From the human T2T-CHM13v2.0 reference genome, Homo sapiens, in the NCBI RefSeq assembly GCF_009914755.1, contig NC_060931.1: a DNA stretch of 64,000 nt. One strand, written 5' to 3'. Shown here in pieces: positions 41,638-56,976 of the stretch. The position numbers and the translations under genes are program-made. The notes below the pieces were generated by a model that worked only from the letters and a program-made list of their open reading frames with translations, had not been told where the DNA came from and ran no database searches. Each line of letters opens with the position of its first letter. Position 1 is the first letter of the stretch.

Positions 41638-44385
41638 AAGATTAAGTATCTCCATGGATCAGAACCAAATAGAAATGTGAAGTATACTGTAGACAAAGGT
41701 GTCCATTAGCCTGTTTCTGAGGGCTAATGAGGAGAAAAATGTCATCAGGAAAAGGCTGGGACCTGAGCCAGGCTCACTACTGGAAATCTGAAACTGTGGA
41801 GGGGGAAGCCCCCACACCACAATGAAAGAGAGCTTTAAAGATCTGCTTGCCCAGGGAGAGGTGAGAAGGGAGACACAGCCTCACAGCCAGGCGCTGGGCT
41901 ATGCTGTCTGGGGCCTGGTGCTGGGTCCATCATCATCATGGAACAGAAGGCCCTTGCTGCAAATATTAGACTTGACTCTGCACTGGGGTCCTGGGAGGTA
42001 GGAAGTTGGCAACAGCAAATCCCTAGATGGGTCAGGGTGAGCGCAGAGAAAGAATACATGGAAAACAATCTCTAGATGAAGCTCTAAGCTGCAATTCCAA
42101 AGCACATGAGAAAAACTAGCACTAAGAAAAATGACCAATAAAATCAATATCAGATGTATCCCCTCCAGATGAAAGAAAGAAAGCAATTTGAAAATGACTT
42201 TAAACTGGTGTTTGAAATACAAGTTGGTATTTGTACAGATTATCTTTAGTTATATTTTCATATTCCTCTAATTAAATTTCTTACTATGTAAATCTTGAAG
42301 TTTTAAGTGTTTAACTGGTACTCTTCAGTGACGTGACTGGAAACACAGTGTCATCCTTGTATTTAGCAACCGACAGACCATCGGAAATGGCTGTGCCCTA
42401 AGTGAGGAAAGCTTCAAAGGTTCCTGCACCTCTGCAGCACCTTTAAAGACTGAAGCACAATCTTGGGCCAGTTTGTGAAGGCAGATTGGGTATGGGGGCC
42501 AAGGTGGACCCCGTGGATGGAAACACTAAGCATACCCTGGGACAGAACACCTTTCTTCGACAGAAGGATGAGAAAGCAGACGGACCAAGAAAATGACCTC
42601 TGGAAATCAAACATGGGCTTTATAACTAACTTCAGGCTGAAGTTAAAATAAACTTAATAAATTCTCCACCTTCTCTGCCACAGAGGAAATATAAGTGTCT
42701 CCATTTATAAAGTCACAGTGTATGCATATTAAAGCAGGAGACCCTAAATATAAAAGATGACCATTTGATGAATGAGTGACTGATTGACCAAGCATTCCAA
42801 GTCAGAAAAAAGTTGAGGCATCAAGCACATTCCTCTTACCCTTCATGATGTAACTTCCAAAAAAGCTTTGTGAAAACCAAATCAATTCCAAATAACACAC
42901 TGAAAAAAGTTTCTGTAGTATTTGATCTGAGAATTTCATTGTACTGTTCCAATTCCTATGGTGTAATCACCACCTGCTACTTAAATGAATCATGTTCTCC
43001 CCCTTTATCAAAGAAGGACATAACAACCCCTAGGTGTAAGGAAGATGGCGCAGGTAGGGGATATACCACATACTGTTTTAATCCCAACCAGAGTTTTGGC
43101 TTAGGGAGAAAAATACTCCTGTGGAAAGCTGACAAAGAGGACAAGCACAGTGACCCTCATGAAAACAGAACTGCAGGGAGCCATGATGCATTAGCCAATG
43201 ACTAATTTTAGTCTTTTCTTATTTTTTTTTTTTTTAATTCCAGAAGGAACCGATGACAGTGCTGACAAAATTCTCCTTAACCCCTCAGGGGAGATCCTGG
43301 AGGGCTTCCCAAATGTCAGGTCTGTGGCAAAATCTAATTTCCTGGAATCACAGATTCATGGGTGGCAAAGCTCCTTATCCCAGGCAACGCTCAGTTGGAC
43401 AGACCCCTGATGATGTGTCATAAACGTGTAGACGTGACTGAGGTGGGAGTTGCTTAATTGCTGCTTCCAATTCTGGAACCAAAGACTCTGGGTGATTTCT
43501 CAGGCCAGCACTTCCCATGAGGAAAAGGAAATGCCAACAGAAGCAGCAGGTGCTGAAAAGGCTCAGAGACCACTTTGGTCATAAATTCAGCTTTCTGACA
43601 GCTCATTCTCTCTCCATCTAACTGCTGGGGGAAGAATTATAATGATTAATGTGCATTTACTGCCACTGATCTAAAACCAGCAAATTCTGCCAACAAAGAT
43701 TTATTAGAAAGGAAACCAAGAAACAATATATAATTACTCAACAGTTATTTAGGAGTTAATTATTCATTCCTTTGTTTCAGTTCTTTCTTCCTCCTACTTA
43801 ATTTCTTTGGACCATTTTTCTGTAGATTAGGTTACCTCATCCATTATAGATATAAAGCAGGTGAGTCTCGAAGCTACTAACAGGGCAATCTGTGGTTACA
43901 AGCTGCCATAAAAGGTTTGATGAAGGGAAGAAAGTTGGGGTGGATATTATAATTACCAGAAAAATGATTGATTGTTTTTTTGTTTTGCTTAGCAGGATAT
44001 AAAGGAAAGTGTGGGCTCTGAAGCCAAACAGACTGAGCTTTGCTTCTTTCTTTGCTCCTTATTAGCTGTGTGTCCTTGGGCAAGTAACCTGGTCAGTCTG
44101 AGTCAGCTTCCTCATGGGGAAAATGAAGATGTTAAAATCTACATTGGGGGACAGTTGCAAGAATTAAATAAAATTATACGAAGAACCAAATGCAGTTCTT
44201 CCCACCTGGTAGGCACACATTATTAAAATTATACAGAATTTACTCTCCTCATACAGTCAAGAGATAACCAAAAGTAAATGCTCTTAAACTGAGAAGTAGG
44301 CTTTCCCAAGTAAATGTGTGCATTTTAACCAGCAAACTTGATGGCTTACATTTGCATATTAAAATTTGCATGAGTTAAACTTTAC

Positions 44386-44481
44386 CTGTCGACTTCCTTG
44401 CTTGGAAGAGCAGCTACTTGTGCTCCTTGAAGGTGATACCAATTTTTGGGACACACCAAGGTTCTTCTCATCACTCATCAT
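44386..44481 (-). CDS. OSBPL3: OSBPL3 first coding exon (exon 2), MMSDEKNLGVSQKLVSPSRSTSSCSSKQGSRQ
   Basis: ATGATG at 44481; 96 nt; donor CAG|gtaaag. Confidence 0.96.
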
Positions 44482-44630
44482 GGACAGCAAGTCACTTGGC
44501 CTCGAGACAATCAAAATGCCATCAGATGACAAGGGAGCCGAGAGTATGGAAGTCCCCAGTGGCAGGTGGTTTAGCTCTTATCCAAAGTATTTAAAAAACA
44601 TTTTGGGTGGCCCAAAGGAAACCCTAAAAC
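44482..44630 (-). other. OSBPL3: 5' UTR part of exon 2 (149 nt)
   Basis: Acceptor ttctctttttag|GTTTTAGG with pyrimidine tract just upstream of 44630. Confidence 0.85.
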
Positions 44631-44914
44631 CTAAAAAAGAGAAATTAGAAAGAAGGTCAGAGGCATCAGATATCATCTCTAATTTGCCACAAATTGTCTG
44701 CAAGTGGCTTAAACATACTACAGATTACAGACTCACGATGTTTAGCTATAGCAGGCGCCGAGAAGGAAAAGAAGCTTTACACCATTCTCTTACAGGGAAT
44801 TTTGTATAGGTGGTTTTTCATGTAGCTTTGCAATATAGCAGGCTTAAGAACATTAATACAAAAATTTGAGTCCAGACACATACAAAATCAGTACTATAAA
44901 AAATCTTAAAACAC

Positions 44915-45538
44915 AGTAAGACACTACTTCACATCCACTGTGATAGCTATAATAATTTTTTTAATGGGAAATAACTAGTGTTGGAAAGAGTATGGAGAAA
45001 TTGGAACCCTCAGACATTGCTGGTGGAACTGTAAAATGGCATAGCCGTGGTGGAAAACAGTTTGGTAGCTGTTCTATTTCTCAAAAATTTAAACATAGAA
45101 TTATCATATGATCCAGTAATTCCAATCCTAGGTATAGATCCAAAAGAAGTGAAAACAGGTGCTCAAACAAAAAGTTGCAGACCAATGTTCATAGCAATGT
45201 TATTCACAATAGTCAAAGGTGGAAAGAACCCAAATGTCCATCAACTGATGAATGGATGAACAAAATCTCATATATACATTCAATGGAATATTATTCAGAT
45301 ATTAAAGGGAATGAGGTACTGATACATGCTATAACATCAATGAACCTTGACAACATTAGGCTAAGTCAAATAACCCAGACACAAAAAAATAAACATTGTA
45401 TGTTTCCATATGAAATATCCAGAGTTGGCAAATCCATAGAGACAGAAGGCCAATAATTAGTGGTTACTGAGGGGAGAGTAGAGTGACTGCTTAATGGCTA
45501 CAGTTTCTTTTTGGTGTGATAAGAATATTCTGGAACTA
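44915..45538 (+). mobile_element. L1MB-type fragment
   Basis: KCPSTDEWMNKISYIHSMEYYS-like L1 translation. Confidence 0.85.
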
Positions 45539-45785
<247 letters not shown>

Positions 45786-47198
45786 CTCTTTGGGAGTCTT
45801 GCCCTGATGGAGGGGTTTCTAGTTTTCAAAGAGGAAATGTGGGCCTAGAATCACTGGCTTCTCCCACAGCCCTGGGTTAAGAGTAACTAACATGTTTGGT
45901 TTTGGCTTCAGAAAACCAGGACTTTATTTAACACACTAAGTTCAAGTAAATTCTACAGCTTTCCTAAGCAGGTTAACAACATCAAAATATACATACATAT
46001 ATATATATATCTCCAACCCATTCCATTATTAATGTTCACATAGTCTAATTATAAAAAGAAGAGTATCATATATTTGTCTAGGAACCAGCTAGTTAACTAT
46101 GATATCAAACCTGGCTAATTATCATATACTCTTTCCTACACCTTCATTAACACTTAGTTCTTCAAAAATAAAAAAGAGTACATTAAAGCAATAAGCTAGA
46201 ATCAAAACAATGAAAAGAAATACAAAATCTCAGAAAATGAAATTAAGGTGCCCAGAGCCATAGAGCTCAATTCCCATGTTACTCTTAGGTAACTCCCCAA
46301 ATCTCTTTATTCATTTAGTATTGGATCCAATAATAAGTAAGACTAAAAGCAAACCAGCACCAGCCTCTTCATAAAATTAGCCTTACTGATGGGGGCATGA
46401 CTAGGTGTACCTGAAGTTAGAAGCAAATGCAATCTAAAAAGTAGCAAGAGAGTACTGTAAAGATATATTAATAGTTTGTGGAAAAGCAGTGTTGGCTGTT
46501 GCTGTTTGAGAAAGAAAAAAAAAAATCAAAAACCTGGTGGGAGCCCCAAATGATGAAATGTGTGTCTGTGCTTGGGGCGGGGAGGGGGCATCCACTGCTA
46601 TGGCAACAGATTCCACAGTGGATTAGGAATACCAGCGGAGTGTTTGTGTGTGTGTGTACAAGCTTTGCTTTTGTTTTTTCTTTAAGGCTGAGGTTCTGTT
46701 AAACGAGAGTCTACAAGAGTCTGGGATGAGAGGGGTGTGTGTGCAATGTAAAGGGAGAGAAACGTGGGCAATAAATGAAAGTTACAGGAATTCTAAAACC
46801 ACCAAAACAGAAACACCACAACCCTGTCCTAGAGGCAGCTGATACAGGGTCATCTTTATCTCTTTGTCCTGCAGAATTTCAGTTGGGAGGCAACAGCCAG
46901 GACTTAGTAGGCCAAATCCAATAGCTATCAAAGTTGGCACTTAGAGCCAAGGGCTCTGCCAGCATGACCCCCTGGTGACCCCTACCCCTGTCTCCTTTCC
47001 CCTTCTGGGAAAGAAAGAGAGGGGACCCGCAGCCCCTCCCATGCCCAGCCACAAGGTGGAGTTTTGGGATTGTTGCCCGGGGAAATATATCTATTTCATC
47101 CCCTAGAACCTTCCTGCCTAGCCTCATCAGGAATTTGGTTAAAGCCACCAAAAGCAGCCTAAAAAGTAAAGGAAGTCAAATTTCAAGAGAAGGATATA

Positions 47199-47535
47199 TA
47201 GTCGCATGCCACATCATGGGGTTTCAGTCAGTGACAGCCCATGTATACGCTGGTGGTCCCATAAGACTATAATTCTGTATTTTCACTGTACTTTCTCTGT
47301 GTTTAGTTACACAAGTCCTTACATTGTGTTACTGCTGCCTGCAGTATTCAGGACAGTATCATGCTGTACAGGTTTGTAGCCTGGGAGCAGTAGGCTGTAC
47401 CACATAGACCGGGTGTGTAGCAGGCTCTGCTATTCAGGTTTGCTAAGTATACTCTATGATGTTCCCACAACAACGATGAAATTGCCTGATGTCACATTTC
47501 TCACAGTGCTTCCTATCTTAAGCGACGCATGACTA
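47199..47535 (+). mobile_element. Tigger3a-like DNA transposon
   Basis: GGTGGTCCCATAAGA...AAGCGACGCATGACT. Confidence 0.82.
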
Positions 47536-48797
47536 CTTAAAACAGGGAAGAATAAAGAAAGAAGGCAGCTGTAGCCCAAGACTAAGGTATCCCAGGTGCC
47601 AAGATGGTCACTTGGATGGAGGCAACTACTGTGTCCACTCTAGGGGACACCACAGGGATGGGCTGGGGTCACCAGAGAGGAGGCCTCGGCAGGATGGTGC
47701 ATATGAAAGACCCCTGAGTGCTTTCACTCCACCCGGAGACCCTTCCATGGAAAACCTCTAATTCAAAGGGTTTATGGGTTTCAACAATATATGATAATTT
47801 CCCTGCTCACAGACTGTGAATAATTTAAGGGCAAACATTTATTTCCACCTTATTTTGTACTGAGAAATAACAGGTATACTAAAGTGCACAAATCTTAAGT
47901 GCACATACAGAATGTTACACTTGCAAATACTCATATAATCATCAGCTGGATCAAAAAATAGAACATTTACGGCCTGCCAAAAAGGCTTCTTGGTCCCCTG
48001 GAGCTGATCTTTTTGCAGATTGCTGTCCCTGAGTAAATCTCTCCTGCAAGTACTTGTCAACATGCCTTAAGGATGGAGAGCTAGGACTTGCCCCAGCTTA
48101 CAGGAACAGGTTTTATGGCTACTTTGGTGCATTCTGCCTAATGTCAGTGTTTGATGTGTGACAGAATTCGGTTTGGGATCTGCTTTTGTTTCAACAAACC
48201 ACCTGGTGGTGAGGTTGAGGAGGAGAGAACTTATGGCCCTTTCCTTCCTCTAAATCACAGAGGCCACCAAAACCAACACGTGTCAAACACCAGATGCACT
48301 TGTGTCAGTTCAAAAATGACGTTTGTGCCTCTAAGATGAGCTTCATTGTCTCTCACCACTGCCACCCACCTTTGAGAAGCTGATGGGTCAGGACTGTGTG
48401 AAACGCTAGTGTTTTGGTTAAAAGTCAAATGGACACATGACATGCAAACATAAGCTGTCCTGGGGCTTCCACTAGGAAAAGAGAACCCTGATTTCTACCC
48501 AGAATGGGGAAGAATAAATGACCAACGCACTGTCAAGTATTTTGGCAACAAAGGCTGATTTTAAGACTCATGTTAGTAGGTTTCACTTAGAAAAGATAAC
48601 ACAATTTGGGAAAAGATGTAAAGGTGACATCACATACTATATATGTGTGCTGGAAGGAGTCAGACCTAGGTTTGAATTGGTGTTTCCTTATTACAAACTC
48701 TGTGCACCTTGACAAATGTATTAAGCTCTCTGATTTATATTTTTTCCTGTATAAAATGGGGAATAATAATAGCCACCCCAGAAAATTAGAAGGATTT

Positions 48798-49144
48798 GGC
48801 CAGGTGGAGTGGCTCATGCCTATAATCCCAGCAATTTAGGAGGTGGACGCGACTGGATTACTTGAGGTCAGGAGTTCAAGACCAGCCTGGCCAACATGGT
48901 AAAACCCCATCTCTACTAAAAATACCAAAATTAGCCGAGCATGGTGGTGCATGCCTGTAGTCCCAGCTACTCAGGAGGCTGAGGCAGGAGAACTGCTTGA
49001 ACCTGGGAGGCAGAGGTTGCAGTGAACTGAGATTGCACCACTGCACTCCAGCATGAGAGGGAAGGAGGGAGAGAGGGAGGGAGGGAAGAGAGGGAGGGAG
49101 GGAGGAAGGAAGGCAGGCAGGCAGGCAGGCAAGAAGGAAGGAAG
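48798..49144 (+). mobile_element. AluS whose 3' end is replaced by a polypurine (GGGA/GGCA/GGAA)n tract, inserted in a MIR
   Basis: TSD GAAAATTAGAAGGATT at 48781-48796 and 49145-49160. Confidence 0.92.
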
Positions 49145-49280
49145 GAAAATTAGAAGGATTAAATAAGAAAATGAGGATACAGTGTCTGGCTTTGGAATAG
49201 AATAGACACTCCACAGATGTAAAGGCTCATGGCCTCCTCTCTCCTGGCTTCCTGAAAGTGGCAGGTGCAGCACAAGATAA

Positions 49281-49645
<365 letters not shown>

Positions 49646-52300
49646 TTAAAACATGTGTGTCCTTCAACATATTAACATCTCCCAAAATCCATAATGCGAG
49701 TGTGAACAGACTAGTGTTAAAGCATTAAAGCAGTGTGCTTACTTTGGAAGAAGACATAAATGCAGAAAGATAAAAGCCACAGAATTCATCACCACTAGCT
49801 CTCCAAAAAAGCAACATTATCTGGTAGATTGCAAAAAGTGGCATATAACACAGCTACTTATTAATCCATTAGGCCTGGGGGTCTGCACTCAGACACTTGG
49901 CCATGTTTTGCTTGAGAAACAGATTTTGCTTCCATAGTTGGAAACGACTTTCATGAAGGCCAGATGGCATATAATTCCAAATAGTTTGCAATTTCCCAGT
50001 AAAATATATAAAGAAATTATGTCCTGAATTAACGTTAGAAATTTTTTAAGTGGGATATCTATTTCTGGTCTTTAATAAAATAAAATTATTCAAATCCAAG
50101 TTATGCATCTTTTTACAAATGGTACCCTCTGAAACACCCTGATTTCAAAAATGTTACATGGTCAAAAGCAGGGCTTTGGTTATTTGGCTTTAAGCACCAC
50201 AGACCAGAGATTCAGCATCAGAAGTTTCTGGAAGCAGGTTCTAATCACAACTTCAGATACCGATCGGTGATCCCGGACCTCTGAAGTGCTGTCCATGTGT
50301 CCGAACTATCTGAACTGCTGGTCTGATCCAAAGGCACCCATACCTGACTGTTTCTGGGAGAGGAGTACTAAGTTTCTGGGAGATGAGTACTAAGGCTCAG
50401 TGTCCACAGAAGTCCCTTCTTTAAAGTCTAACAATTCCTCCACAAACCATTTTTTTTTTAAATCTTATTCTCACTTTTGGCAAGACAGGAGTCAAGAGGC
50501 CTAAAGACTCAAATGCTTACTCTGGCACAATAGAGTATCCATTTCTATTCCCTGCTCCATCCATGGCCTTCACAATCCACTTCTTCAGGGGACATCAGAT
50601 TGCTCAGAGCCCAATCCAGCAACAGAAATGCACCTGGTGCATATTTGAAGCGTGCGGCTTCCATGAGACAAAAAGCTGGACAATGGTATCTGGCTGTCAG
50701 TTTAGGCTGGAACCATTTATTTGTCATCACTGAGTAAACAAAACAACAAGCGCAATAACACCAGTCATTAGAATCATGGAGCCTAATAACGAATTCTAGC
50801 CCAACCTCCGGCTTAAACAAAGCAAGAACTCCCTCTATAACATGGCTAGATCATCACTGCTTGACCACTTCCTGTGACAGAAACAAGGCACTTCATTTCA
50901 CCTTTTTAAAAATCTATTCTAGACAGTTTGTCATCATTTAGAGCTGAAATAATGACTCACTATAATTTCATGCGCTGCTCCTAGATTTGCCCTTGGTAAC
51001 TACATAGAACAAGACAGAACTTTTTTTTAACCATAACCTGCACTGAAACCACCACCATCCCCACATCCCACCCAGCAAATCTTTTCTTCTCCAGACTAAA
51101 CAGCCGCATTGTCATCATCATCCATTTCTTATGGGACATGGATCAAGAGCCCTTGTGATCCCAGATGTTCAACTTTGATCACCCTTCAATTTGTGCTTCT
51201 CTAACAGTGATGCCCAGATTTAAAGACAAGCTCTAGGTGTGGTCTGGACAGAGCAGAAGAGAAGGCAATGACAATCTTCCTGGCCTCAACCACACTGCAA
51301 CTGTTAATACTGCTGGATTTGCCTTAGCTTTGGGGGAACTTGCATCTCTTTCCAGTTCTCAGTGTTCTTACTGGGACTGTCAGGTCATAGGGATTTCTGA
51401 GAAGTTGGGCTTCCTTCTTTCTGAAGCGGACTCCTTTACTTCCTTTAACTAAAATTCAGGACTTGACTGTTCTATTATTATTACCATCATTATAATCATT
51501 ATTAAATTATCACATGTTAATTTTGACCCATGTCAAGATATTTCTGGAGACCAATGGTCACTGGCTGACTTCTTTGTTACGGCATACATAGATTGCACAG
51601 GCATATGAAATCTATACTCACCCAAGTAAATTATACTTGGAGATTTAGTAACGAGAAGAGCACCAAGGGCATGGAGGTCTCTGCAGCCTGACATTAATTT
51701 GTCTGTTAATTAGCATTTCTGCATACAAATGCATACAACCCACTATAAATGCCCATAACTATACAATCACCTACAATTTCTCAAAGTGTCCAGATCCACC
51801 TTCTTCAAAGTCTTCCGGATTCTTATTTAAGATGCAGATTTTGCTCCACTTTAGATGAGTTGAATCAGAATTTCTATCTAGAGACGGGCCTGATAATCTG
51901 CATGTTTAACACATGCCCTGGGTGATTTTTGCTTAAAGTTTGAGAACGTAACTGACTTAGCCTGTAGCTTTCAACCTTTCTTATTTGACTCCAAGCCAAT
52001 CCTTCTATTTGTGTATGTGTGACGTGGCAGAGGGTAGGAAGCTAAAACCCTCTTTTATTATCGTAGTCCTGTGGTTTTTAAAGAGGGGCCCTAAGACTTG
52101 CAGCATCATTATCACCTGGGACCTTGTTAGGAATGCAAAATCTCTGACCCTACCACAGACCAACAAAATCAGGAACTGAGAGGGGGACCCTGGGATCTGT
52201 TTTTCACAAGTTCTCCAGGTGACCTGAATGCACAAGTCCAAAACCACTGCCACAGGTTAATATTACAACCATGGCATAGAATCTTTCGGCCTTTGGTATA

Positions 52301-52502
52301 CAGCAGGTCCTCGAGTAATGTTGTTTTATTTAACTTTGTTATTTAGAAGTTTGGTGATGTTTTTGTGACCAGAAATATGCCACAGGAAACATGCCATTGT
52401 TTTTATCAATTAGCCTACGGTAAAATTAGCTTCGTATATATCGTTTCACTTGAAGTCACAGTTTCCAAGAACTTATCAATGAAGATACATGAGGACTTAG
52501 TG
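52301..52502 (+). mobile_element. MER82-like Tigger element (internally deleted)
   Basis: TA|CAGCAGGTCCTCGA...TGAGGACTTAGTG|TA. Confidence 0.7.
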
Positions 52503-52677
52503 TACATTTGTCAGGGATTAGAGTAGACCCTGAGTTCTTTTCTGGGAAAGATTTTGTCCCACTGCTTAGCTACTCCTTAATCAAGGTATGGCAAGTACCA
52601 GACACATGTGCTTCCAGTCTCCACTCCCAAGCTTTGTCATCATGGCAAAATTCCTCAATCAGCTCTCCAGAAAACTA

Positions 52678-53044
<367 letters not shown>

Positions 53045-53055
53045 GAGAGAGAGAT

Positions 53056-53372
53056 GGCCAGGTGTGGTGGCTCACACTTATAATCCCAGCGCTTTGGGAG
53101 GCTGAGGCGGGCGGATCACGAGGTCAAGAGTTCGAGACAGCCTGGCCAACATAGAGAAACCCTGTCTCTACTAAAAATACAAACATTAGCCGGGCACAGT
53201 GGCAGGCGCCTGTAATCCCAGCTACTCGGGAGGCTGAGGCAGGAGAATTGCTTGAACCCAGGAGGTGGAGCTGAGATGGCGCCACTGTACTCCAGCCTGC
53301 AGTGAGCCCAGATGGCGCCACTGTACTCCAGCCTGGGTGACAGAGCAAGACTCCATCTCAGAAAAAAAAAAA
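53056..53372 (+). mobile_element. AluS inserted in the tail of the preceding Alu; 36-nt-period internal duplication
   Basis: AAAAGAGAGAGAGA on both sides; repeat units 53268-53299 and 53304-53335. Confidence 0.9.
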
Positions 53373-54708
53373 GAGAGAGAGAGTTGGTAAGACAGATCTA
53401 ACCTGCTAAGATGCATTCCCTTATCCTGATTAAGAGCCATGATTTCATAGGACATTAGCTGCAATCTGGTCATAAAAGTCAACACATATGTACCTGTCTT
53501 TGATCCTCAACACAAAACACCCATGCACCAGGCTCTTGCCAAACATTATAACTTTGAACTATGTACTGTCCAGACTTTATCATTCAGTGGCTCACACTCT
53601 GAGTGCATACTGAAACTACGTGACACACTTTCAAAAATGCTGATAAACAGACCCTATCCTAGATCTATTATGTTGAAATCTCTGGTGGGGCCAGGCTTTG
53701 GTATTCCTAAACCTCCACAGGTATTTCTGGTGTAGGACCAGGGTTGACAAGGTGCTTCTGGGCTGTGAGCCACCATTAAATGATCCAAAAAGACAAGACA
53801 ATGTGTGCACCAAGCTCAAGCTATATCATCTGATAATGGAACTACCCTATTCTGATCACTAAGAACTGCTTTCCCTGCATTGTCTTCTAGGAGTATAACC
53901 ATGACCTACAATGAGATAATTGCTGCCAATAAATAAATAACCAACCCACTGTACGATACTGGGAAATTTTGTAGAGCAGTAATAATAAAGACTAAAAGCT
54001 GTGGACTCAAACTGCCCGGGTTCAAGGCCAGCCTTACTAAGTTGCTTTAGGCAAGTTTTTAGTCTCTCTAGATCTCAATTTTTCATTTGCAAAATGGGAA
54101 TAATTAAAGGATCTCCCTGAAAGGGGTTGTTGAGGTGATTAGATGAGCTAATGCATATAAGACCATTTAGAAGGCAATCACATTGCTATAAGTTAGGTAG
54201 TGTAGGATGTACTGGTCACTATCCTGCACAACATCACAATAGGTATTTTACTCTTTTAATCAGAAAAACACAAAGGATATATACAAATACCCATATTACT
54301 ATCATCCAAAATTCACAGGTCTCCACACATATATACCCACCATTTTTCTGGGTTTTTTTAAACTTAACTTCTTTCTGCAACTGGCTTATTTTCACTGAAA
54401 ATTATTGCACACACAAAAACACACATTCTGTTCCATTCCTGCAACATGACTATGTCTTGAACTTCCTCGTTCAGTTGTTTCTGACTCTTTCCTACTAAAG
54501 ATGCTGATGCAATGAACAAACTTGTATCTGCTCCCCATGAGGCTGTGATGATAATTTTCTAAAGCAAGTGGAACTGCTGCATCTTAAGGTAGGACTAGTT
54601 TTAGTTTTACTAGATATTCCAAATTGCTATTCAAAACGGCCACACCAACTTACACTGTACAGAGGCTTCTTTTAAATGTCTCTTCTATGGTCATTTACAA
54701 GAGAAAAT

Positions 54709-54709
54709 A

Positions 54710-54743
<34 letters not shown>
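54709..54743. repeat. (TAA)n microsatellite
   Basis: Direct reading. Confidence 0.95.
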
Positions 54744-54745
<2 letters not shown>

Positions 54746-55117
54746 GAAAGGACTCTTGAATGCCACACCTAAACGACTGGCTTATTCTTAGCTTTTAGAG
54801 ACTGTGAACAGAGCACCTCCCTCTTTGTCTGAGGTACTAGCATGGACAGAGGGTCAAATTGATGGCTCACCACTGATAATCTTCAGTAGCAAGAGATGAG
54901 TATTTCTCTGTGCTTGGCTTCCCTCTATTGTCACTGTGCTCCAATTCTCTCAACTATGGACTTTTTCCATGTGCAGTATGTGTATTATTGGAGGCCACTT
55001 CAAAAACTCCGTGGAATAAGACAATGTGTAAATAAATTACTTTTTCTTAAGTTAGACAGTAAGACAAGGTGCTGCTGGGCTGTTGGCAAGATGTTCTGGT
55101 ACTGGTGGTTTTCTAAC

Positions 55118-55152
55118 TGGCAAAAACCACAATGACTTGTGTACCAACCTAA
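55118..55152. mobile_element. Solo MADE1/Hsmar1 terminal inverted repeat
   Basis: TGGCAAAAACCACAATGACTTGTGTACCAACCTAA followed by TA. Confidence 0.75.
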
Positions 55153-55792
55153 TACTTGGCTTCCAACACTAGGATGCCTTCCATTTCATCTTCTGGGTGA
55201 GCCCTGTGGCTCCCAGCCTCAACTTGACAGTTCCTATGGCCACAGACATCCTTAGAACAAGTGAAAAATGAGGAAAGCGTGGACTCACACTCACAAATAA
55301 TAGCCTCTAGCTCACAGAATCAGAAAGCCACATATCAAAGATACTTGCCAGTGAAGAAAGGAAGAGATCAAGAGACCCAAGTGGCCAATGTTGCTTACTA
55401 CTAGCCTTTTGAAGTTCACCGATAGACAATTCAAAGCTGATAGGATTCCTGGGAGAGCGCACTTGCAGGCAGATTGGGAGAAGAAGGGAAAGATAATTTC
55501 CAAATGATTTCTATGCAAATGTAACCCTATCCTTCACCAGAAGAAATGCTATTGACTCAGATCTTGGTTTTCTACCTTGTTCACAAGGGTATCACCAAAT
55601 AGATATGTTGATGAATACCTCAAGCGGACTTTTCAGAAGTCTGACATCTTCCTTAAAAAAAGAGAAAGTTGTTTGCTACACATCCACCCCTGTGTCTGCC
55701 AACACTCAATACCTGAATGCCGAGGGCTTTGCTCCAATGCTGAGTCCCTCCTCCTGGTCACATGGGCCTCACTATTGGCACATGTCCCCTGA

Positions 55793-56330
<538 letters not shown>

Positions 56331-56905
56331 GAAAATGTGGTATATACAGTCAGCCCGCAGTATCTGCAGGTTTCACATCCGTGGATTTAGCCAACCACAG
56401 AGCAAAAGTATTCCAGCAATAACAATACAACAATGAAAATATACAGATTTTAAAACAACACAGTACAGCAACTATTTACATAGCATTTACACTGTGTTAA
56501 GTATTGTAAGTAATCTAGAAATAGTTTAAATATACAGGAGGATGTGCATAGGTTACGTGCGAATACTTTGCCATTTTATATCAGGAACCTGAACATCCAT
56601 GAAATTTGGTATTTGTGGCGATCACCGAACCAGTACCCCATACAGCTGTACATACAACAGAGTATTATTCAGCTGTAAAAAACTAAAGAAATCTTACAAT
56701 GGGCAATAACACGGATGACTCTGGAAGACATTACGCTAGGTGAAATAAGCCAGTCACAGAAGGACAAATACGGCATGATTCCACTTATATGAGATATTTA
56801 AAATAATCAAATTCATAGAAACAGAAAGAAGAATGGTGGCTGTCAGGGGCTGGGGGGAGGGGAGAATACCAGTTATTGTTTAATGGATACAGAGTTTCAG
56901 TGAAG
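56331..56905 (+). mobile_element. L1M 3' part (inverted half of the pseudogene's host L1), interrupted by MER2
   Basis: GAAAATGTGGTATATA|CATACAACAGAGTATTATTCAG...GAAATAAGCCAGTCACAGAAGGACAAATAC. Confidence 0.82.
56347..56648 (-). mobile_element. MER2 (TcMar-Tigger)
   Basis: CAG...CTG ends with TA on both sides; MER2-like core. Confidence 0.8.
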
Positions 56906-56924
56906 TGTTCTGATCATAATATAC

Positions 56925-56926
<2 letters not shown>

Positions 56927-56973
<47 letters not shown>
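56927..56973. repeat. (GT)23 microsatellite
   Basis: Direct reading. Confidence 0.97.

Positions 56974-56976
<3 letters not shown>

Noticed and set aside
44366-44809. 147-aa ORF antisense to exon 2
   Set aside because: TTG start, shadow of a coding exon, no promoter evidence
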